From Spirochaetia bacterium (lineage in GTDB: Bacteria > Spirochaetota > Spirochaetia > CADAEX01): DNA of 64,000 nucleotides. The stretch covers positions 2,176,001 to 2,240,000 of the forward strand of contig OY759746.1 in NCBI GenBank assembly GCA_963662795.1. The letters run 5' to 3'. Shown piece after piece: positions 27,787-38,241 of the stretch (its first letter is position 1; the number at the start of each line of letters is the position of its first letter). The notes beneath the pieces are model-generated. The model was not told the DNA's origin. It did no database searches and saw only the letters and a program-made list of their open reading frames with translations. Both the position numbers and the translations under genes were made by a program.

Positions 27787-28479
27787 GTGTATATGAAAAT
27801 ATCTGTAAAAGATGCGGCAGCATTGCTTGAGGTATCAGAATCTGCATTGTATCGCTGGATAGACCATGCTGAAATTCCGTTTTACAAGATAAACGATACT
27901 TATCGTTTTAACAGGTCGGAATTACTGCAGTGGGCCACTTCCCGTGGAATACGTGTTTCACCTGATATGTTCGCAGACATTGATAACGATTCTCCTGTCC
28001 TTCCGAGGCTGACGGATGCTATGCGTGCCGGCGGAGTTTTGTACGATATTGAGGGTGAAACAAACGCGGAGGTTTTAAAGTCAATTGTTGACAGAATGCT
28101 CCTTCCTCCAGAAGAGGACAGGCAGTTTTTATACCAGGTTCTGGTTGCCCGCGAAGCTTTGGGATCAACAGGTATCGGGAACGGCATTGCCATTCCACAT
28201 GTCCGTAATCCTGTGGTTCTTCACATATCTGAACCTGCTGTTACATTATGCTTTTTAAAAAAAGCGATTGATTTTAAGGCTGTTGACGGTAAGCCGGTTT
28301 CTGTTCTTTTTACAATTATAAGCCCCACAGTCAGAACTCATCTGCATTTGCTTTCAAGAATTGCATTTGTCCTTCGTGATTCTGAGGTTCTGGCTTTACT
28401 TAAACGGCAGGCAGCACCTGAAGAAATATTGGATATAATTTCCAAAAATGAAGACAGTATCCCCGAAGTACAAAAATAA
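27787..28479 (+). CDS. Excisionase-like HTH fused to PTS IIA (Ntr/fructose-type) domain
   Basis: SVKDAAALLEVSESALYRW...YRFNRSEL; REALGSTGIGNGIAIPH phospho-His motif. Confidence 0.9.
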   Translation: MYMKISVKDAAALLEVSESALYRWIDHAEIPFYKINDTYRFNRSELLQWATSRGIRVSPDMFADIDNDSPVLPRLTDAMRAGGVLYDIEGETNAEVLKSIVDRMLLPPEEDRQFLYQVLVAREALGSTGIGNGIAIPHVRNPVVLHISEPAVTLCFLKKAIDFKAVDGKPVSVLFTIISPTVRTHLHLLSRIAFVLRDSEVLALLKRQAAPEEILDIISKNEDSIPEVQK

Positions 28480-28498
28480 TGAGCCAAGGAAGTATTTC

Positions 28499-30520
28499 GT
28501 GTCTGTTGATTTGATTTCTGCTTCGATAATAATTTTTGCCTTTAGCGGAGTTGCCGGTCTTTTTTTACATCCCCTTTCACCCTGGATCGGGCGTATTCAT
28601 TCGTTTTTTATTTTGTCAGGTGTTATTCTGGGTTTTTGCGGAGCTATTACCGGTATTTTCATTCCTGATACTGCATTATATATTTTACCCTGGCCTTCTG
28701 TTCAGGGTGCATTGATTGGTGTTGATGCCCTGAGTGCATTTTTTCTCTTACCTGTATTTCTTGTGGGAGGACTCGGCGCAGTATACGGGCTCGGTTATTG
28801 GCCGCCCAGGGAGTATGTACGGACAGCGGCCTGTCTGAGGTTTTTCTGGGGATTGATTCTTTCCGGCATGACACTTCTGGTGATAAGTAAACATGCCCTG
28901 AGTTTTCTTCTCGGCTGGGAAACCATGGCTCTTTCGGCTTTTTTTCTTGTTTCAACTGAGGATGAAAAACCGGATTGCCGGAAAAGTGCCCTGATCTATC
29001 TGATAGCAACCCATATCGGAACTTTAACTCTTTTCGGCTTTTTCAGCCTCTGGCACAGTACTACCGGTTCATTCAACCTGATTCCTGTACAAACAGGTTT
29101 TATTCCTGCAAAAACAGTAAATATTCTTTTTTTGCTTGCTTTTACAGGATTCGGGCTGAAAGCCGGAATTATGCCGCTGCATTTCTGGCTGCCCGGTGCC
29201 CATGCCAATGCTCCAAGTCATGTATCTGCACTGTTTTCGGGTGTAATGCTTAAAATGGGAATCTACGGAATTCTGCGTGTACTAACTCTGCTGCCGGGTA
29301 TTTCCCCTTTCTGGGGCTGGTTCATTCTCCTTATGGGTTCCGTCAGCGGTCTTCTCGGAGTTATTTTCGCCCTTGCCCAGCACGACCTGAAGCGGCTTCT
29401 GGCATACCATAGTGTTGAAAATATCGGTATTATACTGCTGGGAATGGGAATGGCTCTTTTAGGGCGCAGTTATCACCGGCAGGAATGGGTTATTCTGGGG
29501 ATGGCAGGCTGTCTGCTTCATGTCTGGAACCACAGTCTGTTCAAATCTTTACTGTTTTTCGGTGCAGGTTCGGTGCTTCATGGAACAGGAACACGCCGGA
29601 TTGACAGGCTTGGCGGTCTTTCAAAATTTATGCCATTTACGGCCGCTACTTTTTTGACCGGTGCTGCGGCGATAAGCGGTCTGCCGCCGCTGAATGGTTT
29701 TATCAGTGAGTTTTTTATTTATTTCGGCTTTTTCAGATCTGCCGTATCGGTCGAAAAGCTTGCATCGCTTGCTCTTCTTGCCATACCTGTGCTGGCGATG
29801 ATAGGCGCCCTGGCAGTTTCATGTTTTGTGAAGGTCACAGGAGCTGTTTTTTCCGGATCCCCGCGAACTGATGCTGCTGAAAAGGCAGCTGAATCACCGC
29901 TTTCTATGGTTCTCCCTATGGTTATATTGGCTCTGATTTGTCTGACTATCGGAATTTTTCCTGCCCTTACAGTTCCTTTCCTTGAAAGAGCTATTGCTGT
30001 CTGGCAGGGGTTTGACAAATTGTCTGTCCCGGCTGCTTCAGTTTCTTTAAGCAGACTGGTTCCATTCGGCTGGATCAGCTCAATATTGATAATAACATTA
30101 TTCCTGTTAAGCATCATTTTTATCATTATATCCTTTTATAAACGGAGAATGATTCACAGGGCAGTAACCTGGGATTGCGGCTATGCAGAACCTTCTGTCC
30201 GCATGCAGTATACTGCTGCATCCTTTGCCAGGTCTCTGGTAAGTTTGTTCAGCTGGATTTTGAAACCGCATGAGCATTCACCCCGGTTGAAAGATAATTT
30301 CCCCGGCAGGAGCTGCCTGGAAAGTCATGTAAATGATCCGGTACTTGACCGCATTCTGATTCCTGATTTCAACTTTCTGCGGAACAGTGCCCGCTGGTTT
30401 TATCGTTTTCAGCAGGGACAGACTCAGTCCTATATACTGTATCTGGCGATTTTCATGAGTGTTCTTTTGGCAACATTGATACCTTTTAAGAAATTGTTTT
30501 TTGATCTTTTTACAAAATAG
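28499..30520 (+). CDS. Ehr/HyfB-like antiporter-like membrane subunit 1
   Basis: GLKAGIMPLHFWLPGAHANAPSHVSA, KRLLAYHSVENIG and WDCGY..P..RMQYT. Start uncertain (28448-28499). Confidence 0.9.
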   Translation: MSVDLISASIIIFAFSGVAGLFLHPLSPWIGRIHSFFILSGVILGFCGAITGIFIPDTALYILPWPSVQGALIGVDALSAFFLLPVFLVGGLGAVYGLGYWPPREYVRTAACLRFFWGLILSGMTLLVISKHALSFLLGWETMALSAFFLVSTEDEKPDCRKSALIYLIATHIGTLTLFGFFSLWHSTTGSFNLIPVQTGFIPAKTVNILFLLAFTGFGLKAGIMPLHFWLPGAHANAPSHVSALFSGVMLKMGIYGILRVLTLLPGISPFWGWFILLMGSVSGLLGVIFALAQHDLKRLLAYHSVENIGIILLGMGMALLGRSYHRQEWVILGMAGCLLHVWNHSLFKSLLFFGAGSVLHGTGTRRIDRLGGLSKFMPFTAATFLTGAAAISGLPPLNGFISEFFIYFGFFRSAVSVEKLASLALLAIPVLAMIGALAVSCFVKVTGAVFSGSPRTDAAEKAAESPLSMVLPMVILALICLTIGIFPALTVPFLERAIAVWQGFDKLSVPAASVSLSRLVPFGWISSILIITLFLLSIIFIIISFYKRRMIHRAVTWDCGYAEPSVRMQYTAASFARSLVSLFSWILKPHEHSPRLKDNFPGRSCLESHVNDPVLDRILIPDFNFLRNSARWFYRFQQGQTQSYILYLAIFMSVLLATLIPFKKLFFDLFTK

Positions 30521-30619
30521 AAAAGGATTACCGGATTCTGTTACATCATGTGTTAAGGGAATCTGAAAAGATGATCGGGTAATTGTTAAAGTATCTGTTT
30601 TTAATGAGGAATAATTTAG

Positions 30620-32599
30620 ATGACGAGTGTGATTGTTGTTCTCATCAGTGCAGGGATAATAGCTTTAAGCGGTATTCCGGCAGGGCTGGGATCAAGAGGG
30701 TCTGTAACCGGTCAACGATGTACCTTGGCACTTTTTGCAGCCGGCAGTCTGACCGGTATTGCCGGGACAGTATGGGCACTTGCGCAGCCCGGTATTCCTT
30801 CCGTGATCCTTCCCTGGGCCTTGCCCTGGGGGCAGTTTTATGTATCCATAGATAATTTCAGTGCATTTTTTCTCCTGTTGGTTTTTATAATTCCTCTGTT
30901 TGGCGCCATTTATGGTCTTGAATACTGGAAACAAAATGAGCATCAGGAGAACGGCCGCCGCCTGGGTGTTTTTTTCGGACTGCTCACAGCTTCAATGGCA
31001 ATGGTAGTAATTGCCCGGGATTCCCTGCTCTTCATCATGGTGTGGGAAATTATGGCACTTTCGGCATATTTTGCAGCTACAGTAGAGGATGATAAGGCAG
31101 AAGTCCGCCGGGCGGGGTGGATTTATCTTGTGGCTACCCATACAGGAACCATGATTCTCATGGCAATGTTTTTAATATGGTACCGGGTATCAGGAACTTT
31201 TTCCCTTACTGTGACAGATTTAATACCTGCAGAGACCGCCGGACTTATCTTTGTATTATCTGTAGCCGGTTTTGGTTTCAAAGCCGGTCTGATGCCTCTT
31301 CATGTCTGGCTGCCCGGGGCCCACGCAAATGCTCCAAGTCATGTTTCAGCCGTTATGTCCGGTGTAATGCTTAAAATGGGGATATACGGTATTCTCCGGA
31401 TTACATCCCTTTTTACTTTCTGCGAACCATGGTGGGGCACTTTGCTTTTAACTGCAGGGAGCATTACAGCACTCCTGGGGATAACTTTTGCGATCGGTCA
31501 GCGGGATCTGAAACGGATTCTGGCATACAGCAGTATAGAAAATATCGGCATAATCACGATGGGCATCGGCATTGCCATGCTGGGGAAAGCTTTCGGATTA
31601 CCGGCTCTTATACTATTAGGTCTTGGCGGCGCCCTGTTCCATATCTGGAATCACGGAATTTTTAAAACCCTGATGTTTCTTAATTCAGGGGCGATAATCC
31701 ATGCCACAGGAACCAGGGATATTGAGATTCTGGGCGGGCTGGCAAAAAAAATGCCTCACACTGCGCTGCTGTTTGTCATCGGGGCTGCCGCTATCGGAAC
31801 CTTGCTGCCTTTAAACGGTTTTGCCGGGGAATGGCTGATCTACATGGGGATGTTTAACACTCTTTCGTTTACTTCAGTACCCAATTTACCCCTTGCCGGC
31901 ATTTCTGCAGTAATTCTTGCGATGACCGGAGCTCTTGTACTCGCGGTTTTTGTCCGGCTTGCCGGTGTTATCTTTCTGGGTACACCGCGTTCATCAGCAG
32001 GGGAAAACGCCCATGATCCTGATATCGTAATGAAGTTTCCGATGATTGTACTAACCATGTTTTGTATTGTACTGGGTGTATATCCTATCCTTGTTTCACC
32101 ATTTCTTGATAAAGCGGTACGTGCATGGATTCCTTCCATGGTTTTCCCCGCAACTATTCCTGAGCTGGTTCCGCAGATGTGGATTACCTGGATAAGTGCA
32201 GTCCTGCTGGTCCTTCTGGGGCTGGGTGGTTTCTGGTATTTTGTATCTGCAAAAAAACGGATTAATCCGGTTAAACACCTTACATGGGATTGCGGCTATG
32301 GTAGGCCTTCGTCCAGAATGCAGTACACCGGAACATCCTTCGGACGGTCGGTTGTAAATCTTTTCTCTTTTGTGTTGCTGCCTCTTGCCGGCAGGGTGAA
32401 AATCCGGGAATCTTTTCCTGAGCCTGTCCGATTTGATGCTTCAGTGCCTGATACTGTACTGGACCGTCTTGTGCTGCCCCTGTTTGCACTGGCAAATAAA
32501 ATTCTGCCGAAAGTTTATGTATTTCAGCAGGGACAAACGTATTTATATGTCCTTTATGTGGTGATTATCACTGCTTTGCTGTTTTTAATAGGTATATAG
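30620..32599 (+). CDS. Ehr/HyfB-like antiporter-like membrane subunit 2
   Basis: Paralog of the previous gene with the same motifs. Confidence 0.9.
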   Translation: MTSVIVVLISAGIIALSGIPAGLGSRGSVTGQRCTLALFAAGSLTGIAGTVWALAQPGIPSVILPWALPWGQFYVSIDNFSAFFLLLVFIIPLFGAIYGLEYWKQNEHQENGRRLGVFFGLLTASMAMVVIARDSLLFIMVWEIMALSAYFAATVEDDKAEVRRAGWIYLVATHTGTMILMAMFLIWYRVSGTFSLTVTDLIPAETAGLIFVLSVAGFGFKAGLMPLHVWLPGAHANAPSHVSAVMSGVMLKMGIYGILRITSLFTFCEPWWGTLLLTAGSITALLGITFAIGQRDLKRILAYSSIENIGIITMGIGIAMLGKAFGLPALILLGLGGALFHIWNHGIFKTLMFLNSGAIIHATGTRDIEILGGLAKKMPHTALLFVIGAAAIGTLLPLNGFAGEWLIYMGMFNTLSFTSVPNLPLAGISAVILAMTGALVLAVFVRLAGVIFLGTPRSSAGENAHDPDIVMKFPMIVLTMFCIVLGVYPILVSPFLDKAVRAWIPSMVFPATIPELVPQMWITWISAVLLVLLGLGGFWYFVSAKKRINPVKHLTWDCGYGRPSSRMQYTGTSFGRSVVNLFSFVLLPLAGRVKIRESFPEPVRFDASVPDTVLDRLVLPLFALANKILPKVYVFQQGQTYLYVLYVVIITALLFLIGI

Positions 32600-32609
32600 G
32601 GAGTCGTAA

Positions 32610-33521
32610 ATGATTATCATAATATTTCATCTTTTGTTTTTACTGCTGTTCCCTCCGTTCCTTTTGGGTGTTATCAGCAAGACTAAAGCCCTGTTCGCAG
32701 GACGAGTCGGAACTCCATTATTTCAGTACTATTTCGATATCATAAAACTTATGAAAAAGGGGATGGTAATCAGTTCCACCACTACCTGGATATTCCGTGC
32801 GGGGCCGATTATAAGTTTTGTTGTACCTGTTATGGCAGGATTATTAATGCCGATGGGAAATATTCCTGCCATCATCTCCTTTCCTGGGGATTTTCTCCTT
32901 TTTGCATATCTGTTTGCCCTTTCACGGTTTTTTACAACAGCTGCCGCGCTTGATACAGGTTCCGCTTTTGAAGGAATGGGCTCAGCCCGGGAAGTTACCT
33001 TTGCAGTTTTAACCGAACCGGCCCTGTTCTTTTCCTTCCTGGTTCTTGCCCGTCTTTCCGGATCTCTCTCGTTAAGCGGTATGCTGTCTCTAAGCGTCAA
33101 GCATCTTTTTGCAATCGGCAACGCGGCTCCGCTGCTGCTGACATTCGTAGGGCTGTTCATAGTGCTTTTGGCTGAAAACAGCCGTATACCGGTTGATGAT
33201 CCGAATACACACCTGGAACTCACAATGATTCATGAGGTGATGGTACTGGACCACAGCGGACCGCTTCTCGGTCTGATCGAGTATGGTTCAGCTGTAAAGC
33301 TTTTTGTCCTTGGGTCTTTTTTACTTAACGTCATCCTGCCTTACCGCGTTATGCCGGTTTGGATGGGCGGACTTGTGTGGATCTGCGGGATTCTGCTGTT
33401 ATCGGTTGCTATCGGGGTTATTGAATCCATTATGGCGAGACTCCGTATGCCACGGGTTCCTGCTCTGCTGATTGCGGCGATCCTGCTTTGCGGATCGGCT
33501 TTTATTATGCTGGTGAGGTAA
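32610..33521 (+). CDS. HyfC/HycD (NuoH-like) membrane subunit
   Basis: ENSRIPVDDPNTHLELTMIHEVM. Confidence 0.92.
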   Translation: MIIIIFHLLFLLLFPPFLLGVISKTKALFAGRVGTPLFQYYFDIIKLMKKGMVISSTTTWIFRAGPIISFVVPVMAGLLMPMGNIPAIISFPGDFLLFAYLFALSRFFTTAAALDTGSAFEGMGSAREVTFAVLTEPALFFSFLVLARLSGSLSLSGMLSLSVKHLFAIGNAAPLLLTFVGLFIVLLAENSRIPVDDPNTHLELTMIHEVMVLDHSGPLLGLIEYGSAVKLFVLGSFLLNVILPYRVMPVWMGGLVWICGILLLSVAIGVIESIMARLRMPRVPALLIAAILLCGSAFIMLVR

Positions 33522-33524
33522 AAA

Positions 33525-34166
33525 ATGATTGATATTCTGAATTCTTTATTCGTCTTTGTGCTGATATTAAATCTTTTTGCACTGGGTAACGGGCGTATAC
33601 TTTCTGTAATCAGAATAGTAGCAGTTCAGGGGATCATTCTTGGAATTATACCGCTGCTTATGCACCGGTATGTAACAATTCCGGAAGCAGTTTCTTCGTT
33701 GTCTGCTGTTTCACTGAAGGGTTTTATTATCCCTGCCATGATGACCAAAGCACTGCGTGATGTGCGCATCAAGAGGGAGGTGGAACCTCTCCTGGGTTTA
33801 CTGCCGTCCACTATTCTCGGGGCGTTGGTCATCGGTGTGACTTTTCTGGCTTTTGCCAATACAAATCCGGTCGGACAGGATGGAATATCACTGATTATTC
33901 CCACTTCTATTTCAACAGTTATAGCAGGTTTTATACTGCTTACCACCAGGTTTAAAGCACTTTCACAGGTCCTGGGATATCTGATTCTTGAAAACGGTAT
34001 ATATATTTTCAGCCTTCTGCTGGTTGATGCCATTCCGCTGGTTGTTGAAATGGGAATGCTGCTTGACCTGTTTGTCAGCGTTTTTATTGTATCAATTATA
34101 ACCAATCACATTAATCGCGCATTTTCATCGCTGGACACCCGCAAGCTTGCGGCGCTTAAGGAGTAA
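33525..34166 (+). CDS. HyfE-like membrane subunit
   Basis: QVLGYLILENGI...VEMG..LD. Confidence 0.88.
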   Translation: MIDILNSLFVFVLILNLFALGNGRILSVIRIVAVQGIILGIIPLLMHRYVTIPEAVSSLSAVSLKGFIIPAMMTKALRDVRIKREVEPLLGLLPSTILGALVIGVTFLAFANTNPVGQDGISLIIPTSISTVIAGFILLTTRFKALSQVLGYLILENGIYIFSLLLVDAIPLVVEMGMLLDLFVSVFIVSIITNHINRAFSSLDTRKLAALKE

Positions 34167-34170
34167 CCCC

Positions 34171-35604
34171 ATGGCAGCAATACTTATCCTTTTCCCCATA
34201 GCTGTGGCGTGTATTGCCATGATTTTTCCCTGGAACCGCATCCGGCCGGTTCTGTTACCCTTATCAGGAGTTGTCCATACGGCAGTTACTGTGATTGTTA
34301 TGCTTCATCCTGAATACAGAATTTATAATTCATGGTTTACTCTGGATCCACTGGCAGCATTAATACTTCTTACGGTTTCGGTGCTGTATCTGTTCTCATC
34401 TTTTTATGCTGTCGGGTATCTCCAATTCCGTCAGGAACGGTCAAACAGGGTCTTTACAGCAAGCTTTTCCGCTTTTTTGGGACTTATCAGTATGGCAATC
34501 TGGGCGCATCACCTGGGTCTTATGTGGGTTGCCATTGAAGGTACAACCCTGGTTACCGCACCTCTTATCTATTTTAATCATTCACCGAGAAGTATTGAAG
34601 CAACCTGGAAATATCTGCTGGTCGGGTCAGTCGGTATTGCACTTGCCCTGCTGGGAACATTATTTCTTGCATACGCTTCAGTTCAGGGAGGCAGGGAAGC
34701 AACTCTTGATTTGACAGCTCTGGTTGCCAATGCCTCTTTTATGTCTCCGATGTGGCTTCGTTCAGCTTTCATTCTTCTTCTTGTAGGTTACGGGACAAAA
34801 ATGGGTCTTGCACCGATGCATACCTGGAAGCCTGATGCATACGGAGAAGCTCCTGGTGTTGTCGGTGTAATTTTTGCCGGAGGAGTAACCAGCGGCGCTT
34901 TTCTGGCACTTTTGAGGATTTATCAGATTACAAATGCCGCAGGCCTTGAGCAGTTTACTTCCCGTCTGATGATCTTTATGGGGCTCTTTTCCATGGCCAC
35001 AGCAGGTGTTTTCATGATAAACCAGCGTGACTTTAAAAGAATGCTTGCATACTCCAGTGTGGAACACATGGGTATACTTATTCTCGGAGTGGGAATAGGG
35101 GGAATTGCTCTCTGGGGCGCTCTGCTTCATGTGCTGATGAATGCCATGACCAAAGGCCTTCTTTTCCTTTCGGCAGGGAATATTCACAGGGCTTTCAGGT
35201 TTAAGAGTACTGATTCAGTACACGGTGCCTTCCGCCGGCTTCCTCTTTCAGCGTCACTGTTTATTATCGGATTTCTGGCTATAACAGGATCACCGCCGTT
35301 CGGTCCCTTTATAAGTGAATTTTCGATATTGAACGGCGCTTTTCTCTCCGGCCGGTTTGTAAGCGGTTCTCTTTTTCTGTTTTTTCTCCTGGTTGTGTTC
35401 ATTGGAATGGGTATCACAGTTCTTAAGGTTGTACAGGGAAGACCCCCCGGGGATGTTAATGTATCTCCTTATCATGAAGATGTTTTAACGACACTTCCTG
35501 CACTTTGCTTTATGGTGATTGTACTTCTTCTGGGTGTCTATATTCCTCCGTTCCTGAGAGAAATGCTTGACCAGGCGGTTAATTTTCTGGGGAATCAGCT
35601 ATGA
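34171..35604 (+). CDS. HyfF-like antiporter-like subunit
   Basis: EATWKY, GYGTKMGLAPMHTWKPDA and KRMLAYSSVEHMG. Confidence 0.9.
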   Translation: MAAILILFPIAVACIAMIFPWNRIRPVLLPLSGVVHTAVTVIVMLHPEYRIYNSWFTLDPLAALILLTVSVLYLFSSFYAVGYLQFRQERSNRVFTASFSAFLGLISMAIWAHHLGLMWVAIEGTTLVTAPLIYFNHSPRSIEATWKYLLVGSVGIALALLGTLFLAYASVQGGREATLDLTALVANASFMSPMWLRSAFILLLVGYGTKMGLAPMHTWKPDAYGEAPGVVGVIFAGGVTSGAFLALLRIYQITNAAGLEQFTSRLMIFMGLFSMATAGVFMINQRDFKRMLAYSSVEHMGILILGVGIGGIALWGALLHVLMNAMTKGLLFLSAGNIHRAFRFKSTDSVHGAFRRLPLSASLFIIGFLAITGSPPFGPFISEFSILNGAFLSGRFVSGSLFLFFLLVVFIGMGITVLKVVQGRPPGDVNVSPYHEDVLTTLPALCFMVIVLLLGVYIPPFLREMLDQAVNFLGNQL

Positions 35605-37112
35605 AAACTATAATCAATGGTAAATCAATACCGCTTTCAACAATTCCTGTAAGGGAGTTTGCTGATTTTTCAAACACAATAATCAGGAACGTCGCTGCCG
35701 GTAAACGTGTCAGCACCTATTTCGGTGTTCCGGGTGAAGACAGGAAACGAGTCGAAGTCTTTGTTATTCTGGCTGATGACAGCAGGAATCTGCTCGAAGT
35801 CGGACGTTCAGTCATCGAGGGGGATTCGTTCAACTCCATCACCCCCCGGTGTCCTCAGGTTCACCTGTTCGAACGGGAAATTTCTGAACAGTTCGGTCTG
35901 AAAGCACTGGGGCATCCCTGGTTCAAGCCTGTCCGTTATATTCATTCCTGGACAGAAAAGGATGCCTGGGACCGTCCTTCTGACGATGTAATACTTCCGG
36001 CTGTCGGGGATTTTTACCGGGTTGAAGGTGAACAGATTCATGAGGTTGCTGTCGGACCCGTGCATGCGGGTGTTATTGAGCCGGGTCATTTCAGGTTTCA
36101 GTGTTACGGTGAAGAAGTTTATCACCTGGAAATTGCACTGGGCTTTCAGCACAGGGGTGTTGAGAGAGCTCTGAAGGGCGGACCTGATCCGGGAACTCTG
36201 CACTATATTGAAACCCTGGCCGGCGATACTACCATAGGTCATACCATAAGCTATTCTCAGGTAGTGGAAGCTCTTTCCCGGACACAGATTACAGCCAGGG
36301 CTCAGGCATTAAGGGGTATTGCACTTGAACTTGAGAGGCTTGCCAACCATATCGGAGACCTCGGAGCACTTTCCGGAGATGTCGGTTACCTGCCTACTTC
36401 CAGTTTCTGTGGCCGTATCAGGGGCGAACTTCTGAATATGACGGCTGCTTTATGCGGAAACCGCTTCGGCAGGGGGATGACCCGCCCGGGCGGGGCAGGA
36501 TTTGATGCTGAATCTGAACGGATTACAGAACTACTGCAAAGACTTGATGTTAATGAAAAGGATTCCCGTGATGCGATAAATCTGCTCTGGGATAATCAGT
36601 CAGTCATGGCCAGATTTGAAGATACCGGACCCCTTTCCAGAGAAAAAGCCATCGAATTGGGAATTGTAGGTCCTCCGGCCCGTGCGACAGGACTCAACCG
36701 GGATGTCAGGTACACACAACCGTCAGGAATTTTCAGTTTTGTTCAGATTCCTGTATCGACATACGATTCCGGTGATGTATTTGCCCGTGCATACGTAAGG
36801 TGGCTGGAAATTCAGCAATCATTCGCTTTTATCCGTGATCAGCTTACCCGTCTTCCCTCTGGTCCTGTAATGACAGATGTTGGACAGCTTGCTCCGGACA
36901 GTCTGGCGGTATCCCTGATCGAAGGATGGCGGGGTGAAATTTGTCAGGTTGGAATTACAAATGGTGAGGGTTTGTTTGCCAGGTATAAGGTAACTGATCC
37001 CTCTTTCCATAACTGGATAGCCCTTGCCCAGGTATTAAGAAATCAGGAAATTTCAGACTTTCCCCTGTGCAACAAGAGTTTCAATCTGTCCTATTGCGGA
37101 CATGATCTGTAA
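35601..37112 (+). CDS. Ehr large subunit (HycE/NuoCD-like, no NiFe ligands)
   Basis: VGPVHAGVIEPGHFRF and HRGVE. Both CxxC motifs are absent (ETLAGD; NKSFNLSYCGHDL). Confidence 0.9.
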   Translation: MKTIINGKSIPLSTIPVREFADFSNTIIRNVAAGKRVSTYFGVPGEDRKRVEVFVILADDSRNLLEVGRSVIEGDSFNSITPRCPQVHLFEREISEQFGLKALGHPWFKPVRYIHSWTEKDAWDRPSDDVILPAVGDFYRVEGEQIHEVAVGPVHAGVIEPGHFRFQCYGEEVYHLEIALGFQHRGVERALKGGPDPGTLHYIETLAGDTTIGHTISYSQVVEALSRTQITARAQALRGIALELERLANHIGDLGALSGDVGYLPTSSFCGRIRGELLNMTAALCGNRFGRGMTRPGGAGFDAESERITELLQRLDVNEKDSRDAINLLWDNQSVMARFEDTGPLSREKAIELGIVGPPARATGLNRDVRYTQPSGIFSFVQIPVSTYDSGDVFARAYVRWLEIQQSFAFIRDQLTRLPSGPVMTDVGQLAPDSLAVSLIEGWRGEICQVGITNGEGLFARYKVTDPSFHNWIALAQVLRNQEISDFPLCNKSFNLSYCGHDL

Positions 37113-37127
37113 AATAAGGAATAAACT

Positions 37128-37901
37128 ATGTACAAAGAAATACTGACCAGGATAAAACAGGGGCACAGGACAATCAAATTTCCTCATGGAAATACACCTG
37201 TCCTTCCGGACCGTTACCGTGGGCTACCCCGTATATCAGCAGAAAAGTGCCCTGCACTATGCAGTAAATGTTCCGAAGCATGCAGTACCGGAGCTATCGA
37301 TCCGGAAACTAAAATCATTGATATGGGAAAATGTCTTTTTTGTACCGACTGCATACAGGCCTGTCCCGCGGCTGCAATCGAGTTTACCAGGGATTACCGA
37401 CTGTCTGTCAGGAAGAGGGTGGATTTGTTTGTTGGGCCGGATGAAGAAGAAATTGAACTTACCGGTGAGCTTGACAGAAAAATGAAAAATCTTTTCAGGC
37501 GGTCATTGAAATTGCGGGTGGTGAGCGCCGGAGGTTGTAATGCATGTGAAGCTGACGTGAATGTATTAAATACCATCGGCTGGGATCTCGGCCGCTTCGG
37601 GATCAGCTATGTTGCTTCTCCCAGACATGCAGACGGTATTATTGTTACAGGTCCTGTTACAAAGAATATGGAACTGGCTTTGAAAAAAACCTATGATGCC
37701 GTACCAGACCCGAAAATTGTTATAGCTGTCGGCGCCTGCGCAATTGCGGGAGGACCGTATGCAGGACACCCTGAGGTTTTAGGCGGTGCTGATGTCATGA
37801 TACCGGTAGATCTTTATATACCAGGATGTCCACCGCATCCACTTACAATTCTCGACGGTCTTCTGCGGCTTCTTGGAAGGATCAGAACGGAAAAGGGATG
37901 A
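37128..37901 (+). CDS. Ehr small subunit: 2x[4Fe-4S] domain fused to NuoB/HycG-like domain
   Basis: CPALCSKCSEAC, CLFCTDCIQAC, GGCNACE, GACA and PGCPP. Confidence 0.9.
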   Translation: MYKEILTRIKQGHRTIKFPHGNTPVLPDRYRGLPRISAEKCPALCSKCSEACSTGAIDPETKIIDMGKCLFCTDCIQACPAAAIEFTRDYRLSVRKRVDLFVGPDEEEIELTGELDRKMKNLFRRSLKLRVVSAGGCNACEADVNVLNTIGWDLGRFGISYVASPRHADGIIVTGPVTKNMELALKKTYDAVPDPKIVIAVGACAIAGGPYAGHPEVLGGADVMIPVDLYIPGCPPHPLTILDGLLRLLGRIRTEKG

Positions 37902-37996
37902 TAAAAAAACTTCCCTGATGGAGTCTTTTTAGTCAAGGCGTGTTAGCCCTCTGCCCTTGCGGCTCCCACAAATTTAAACTTTCCAGGTCCGGACGC

Positions 37997-38024
37997 AAAA
38001 AAAAGACTCCCTTTCGGAAGTCTT
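37997..38024 (-). terminator. Rho-independent terminator downstream of the tRNAs
   Basis: AAGACTcc/ggaAGTCTT hairpin preceded by an A-run (U-tract on minus). Confidence 0.65.
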
Positions 38025-38026
38025 AT

Positions 38027-38100
38027 TACGTCCAAGAGGATTCGAACCTCTGACCCTCGCCTTAGAAGGGCGATGCTCTATCCAGCTGAGCTATGGACGC
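38027..38100 (-). tRNA. tRNA-Arg (TCT)
   Basis: Minus strand GCGTCCATAGCTCAGCTGGATAGAGC...CT-TCT-AA...GGTTCGAATCC...TGGACGTA. Confidence 0.95.
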
Positions 38101-38105
38101 GCGAG

Positions 38106-38178
38106 TCGGGATAGAAGGACTCGAACCTTCGGTCTCCTGCTCCCAAAGCAGGCGCCTTAGCCACTAGGCTACATCCCG
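38106..38178 (-). tRNA. tRNA-Pro (TGG)
   Basis: Minus strand CGGGATGTAGCCTAGTGG...CCTGC-TT-TGG-GA-GCAGG...GGTTCGAGTCC...ATCCCGA. Confidence 0.95.
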
Positions 38179-38241
38179 AAAATCTGGTGAATTATACTGT
38201 TATCACTTTACATGGTCAAGATATGGATGCTACTTTTAACC

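Noticed and set aside
35601-37112. True [NiFe] hydrogenase-4 / formate hydrogenlyase
   Set aside because: Both nickel-binding CxxC motifs are missing, and there are no fdh or hyp genes in the window.
37960-38010. c-di-GMP-I riboswitch or SRP RNA (GGACGCAAAA, CAGGTCCGGA)
   Set aside because: The remaining consensus elements are absent and no suitably placed downstream gene exists.
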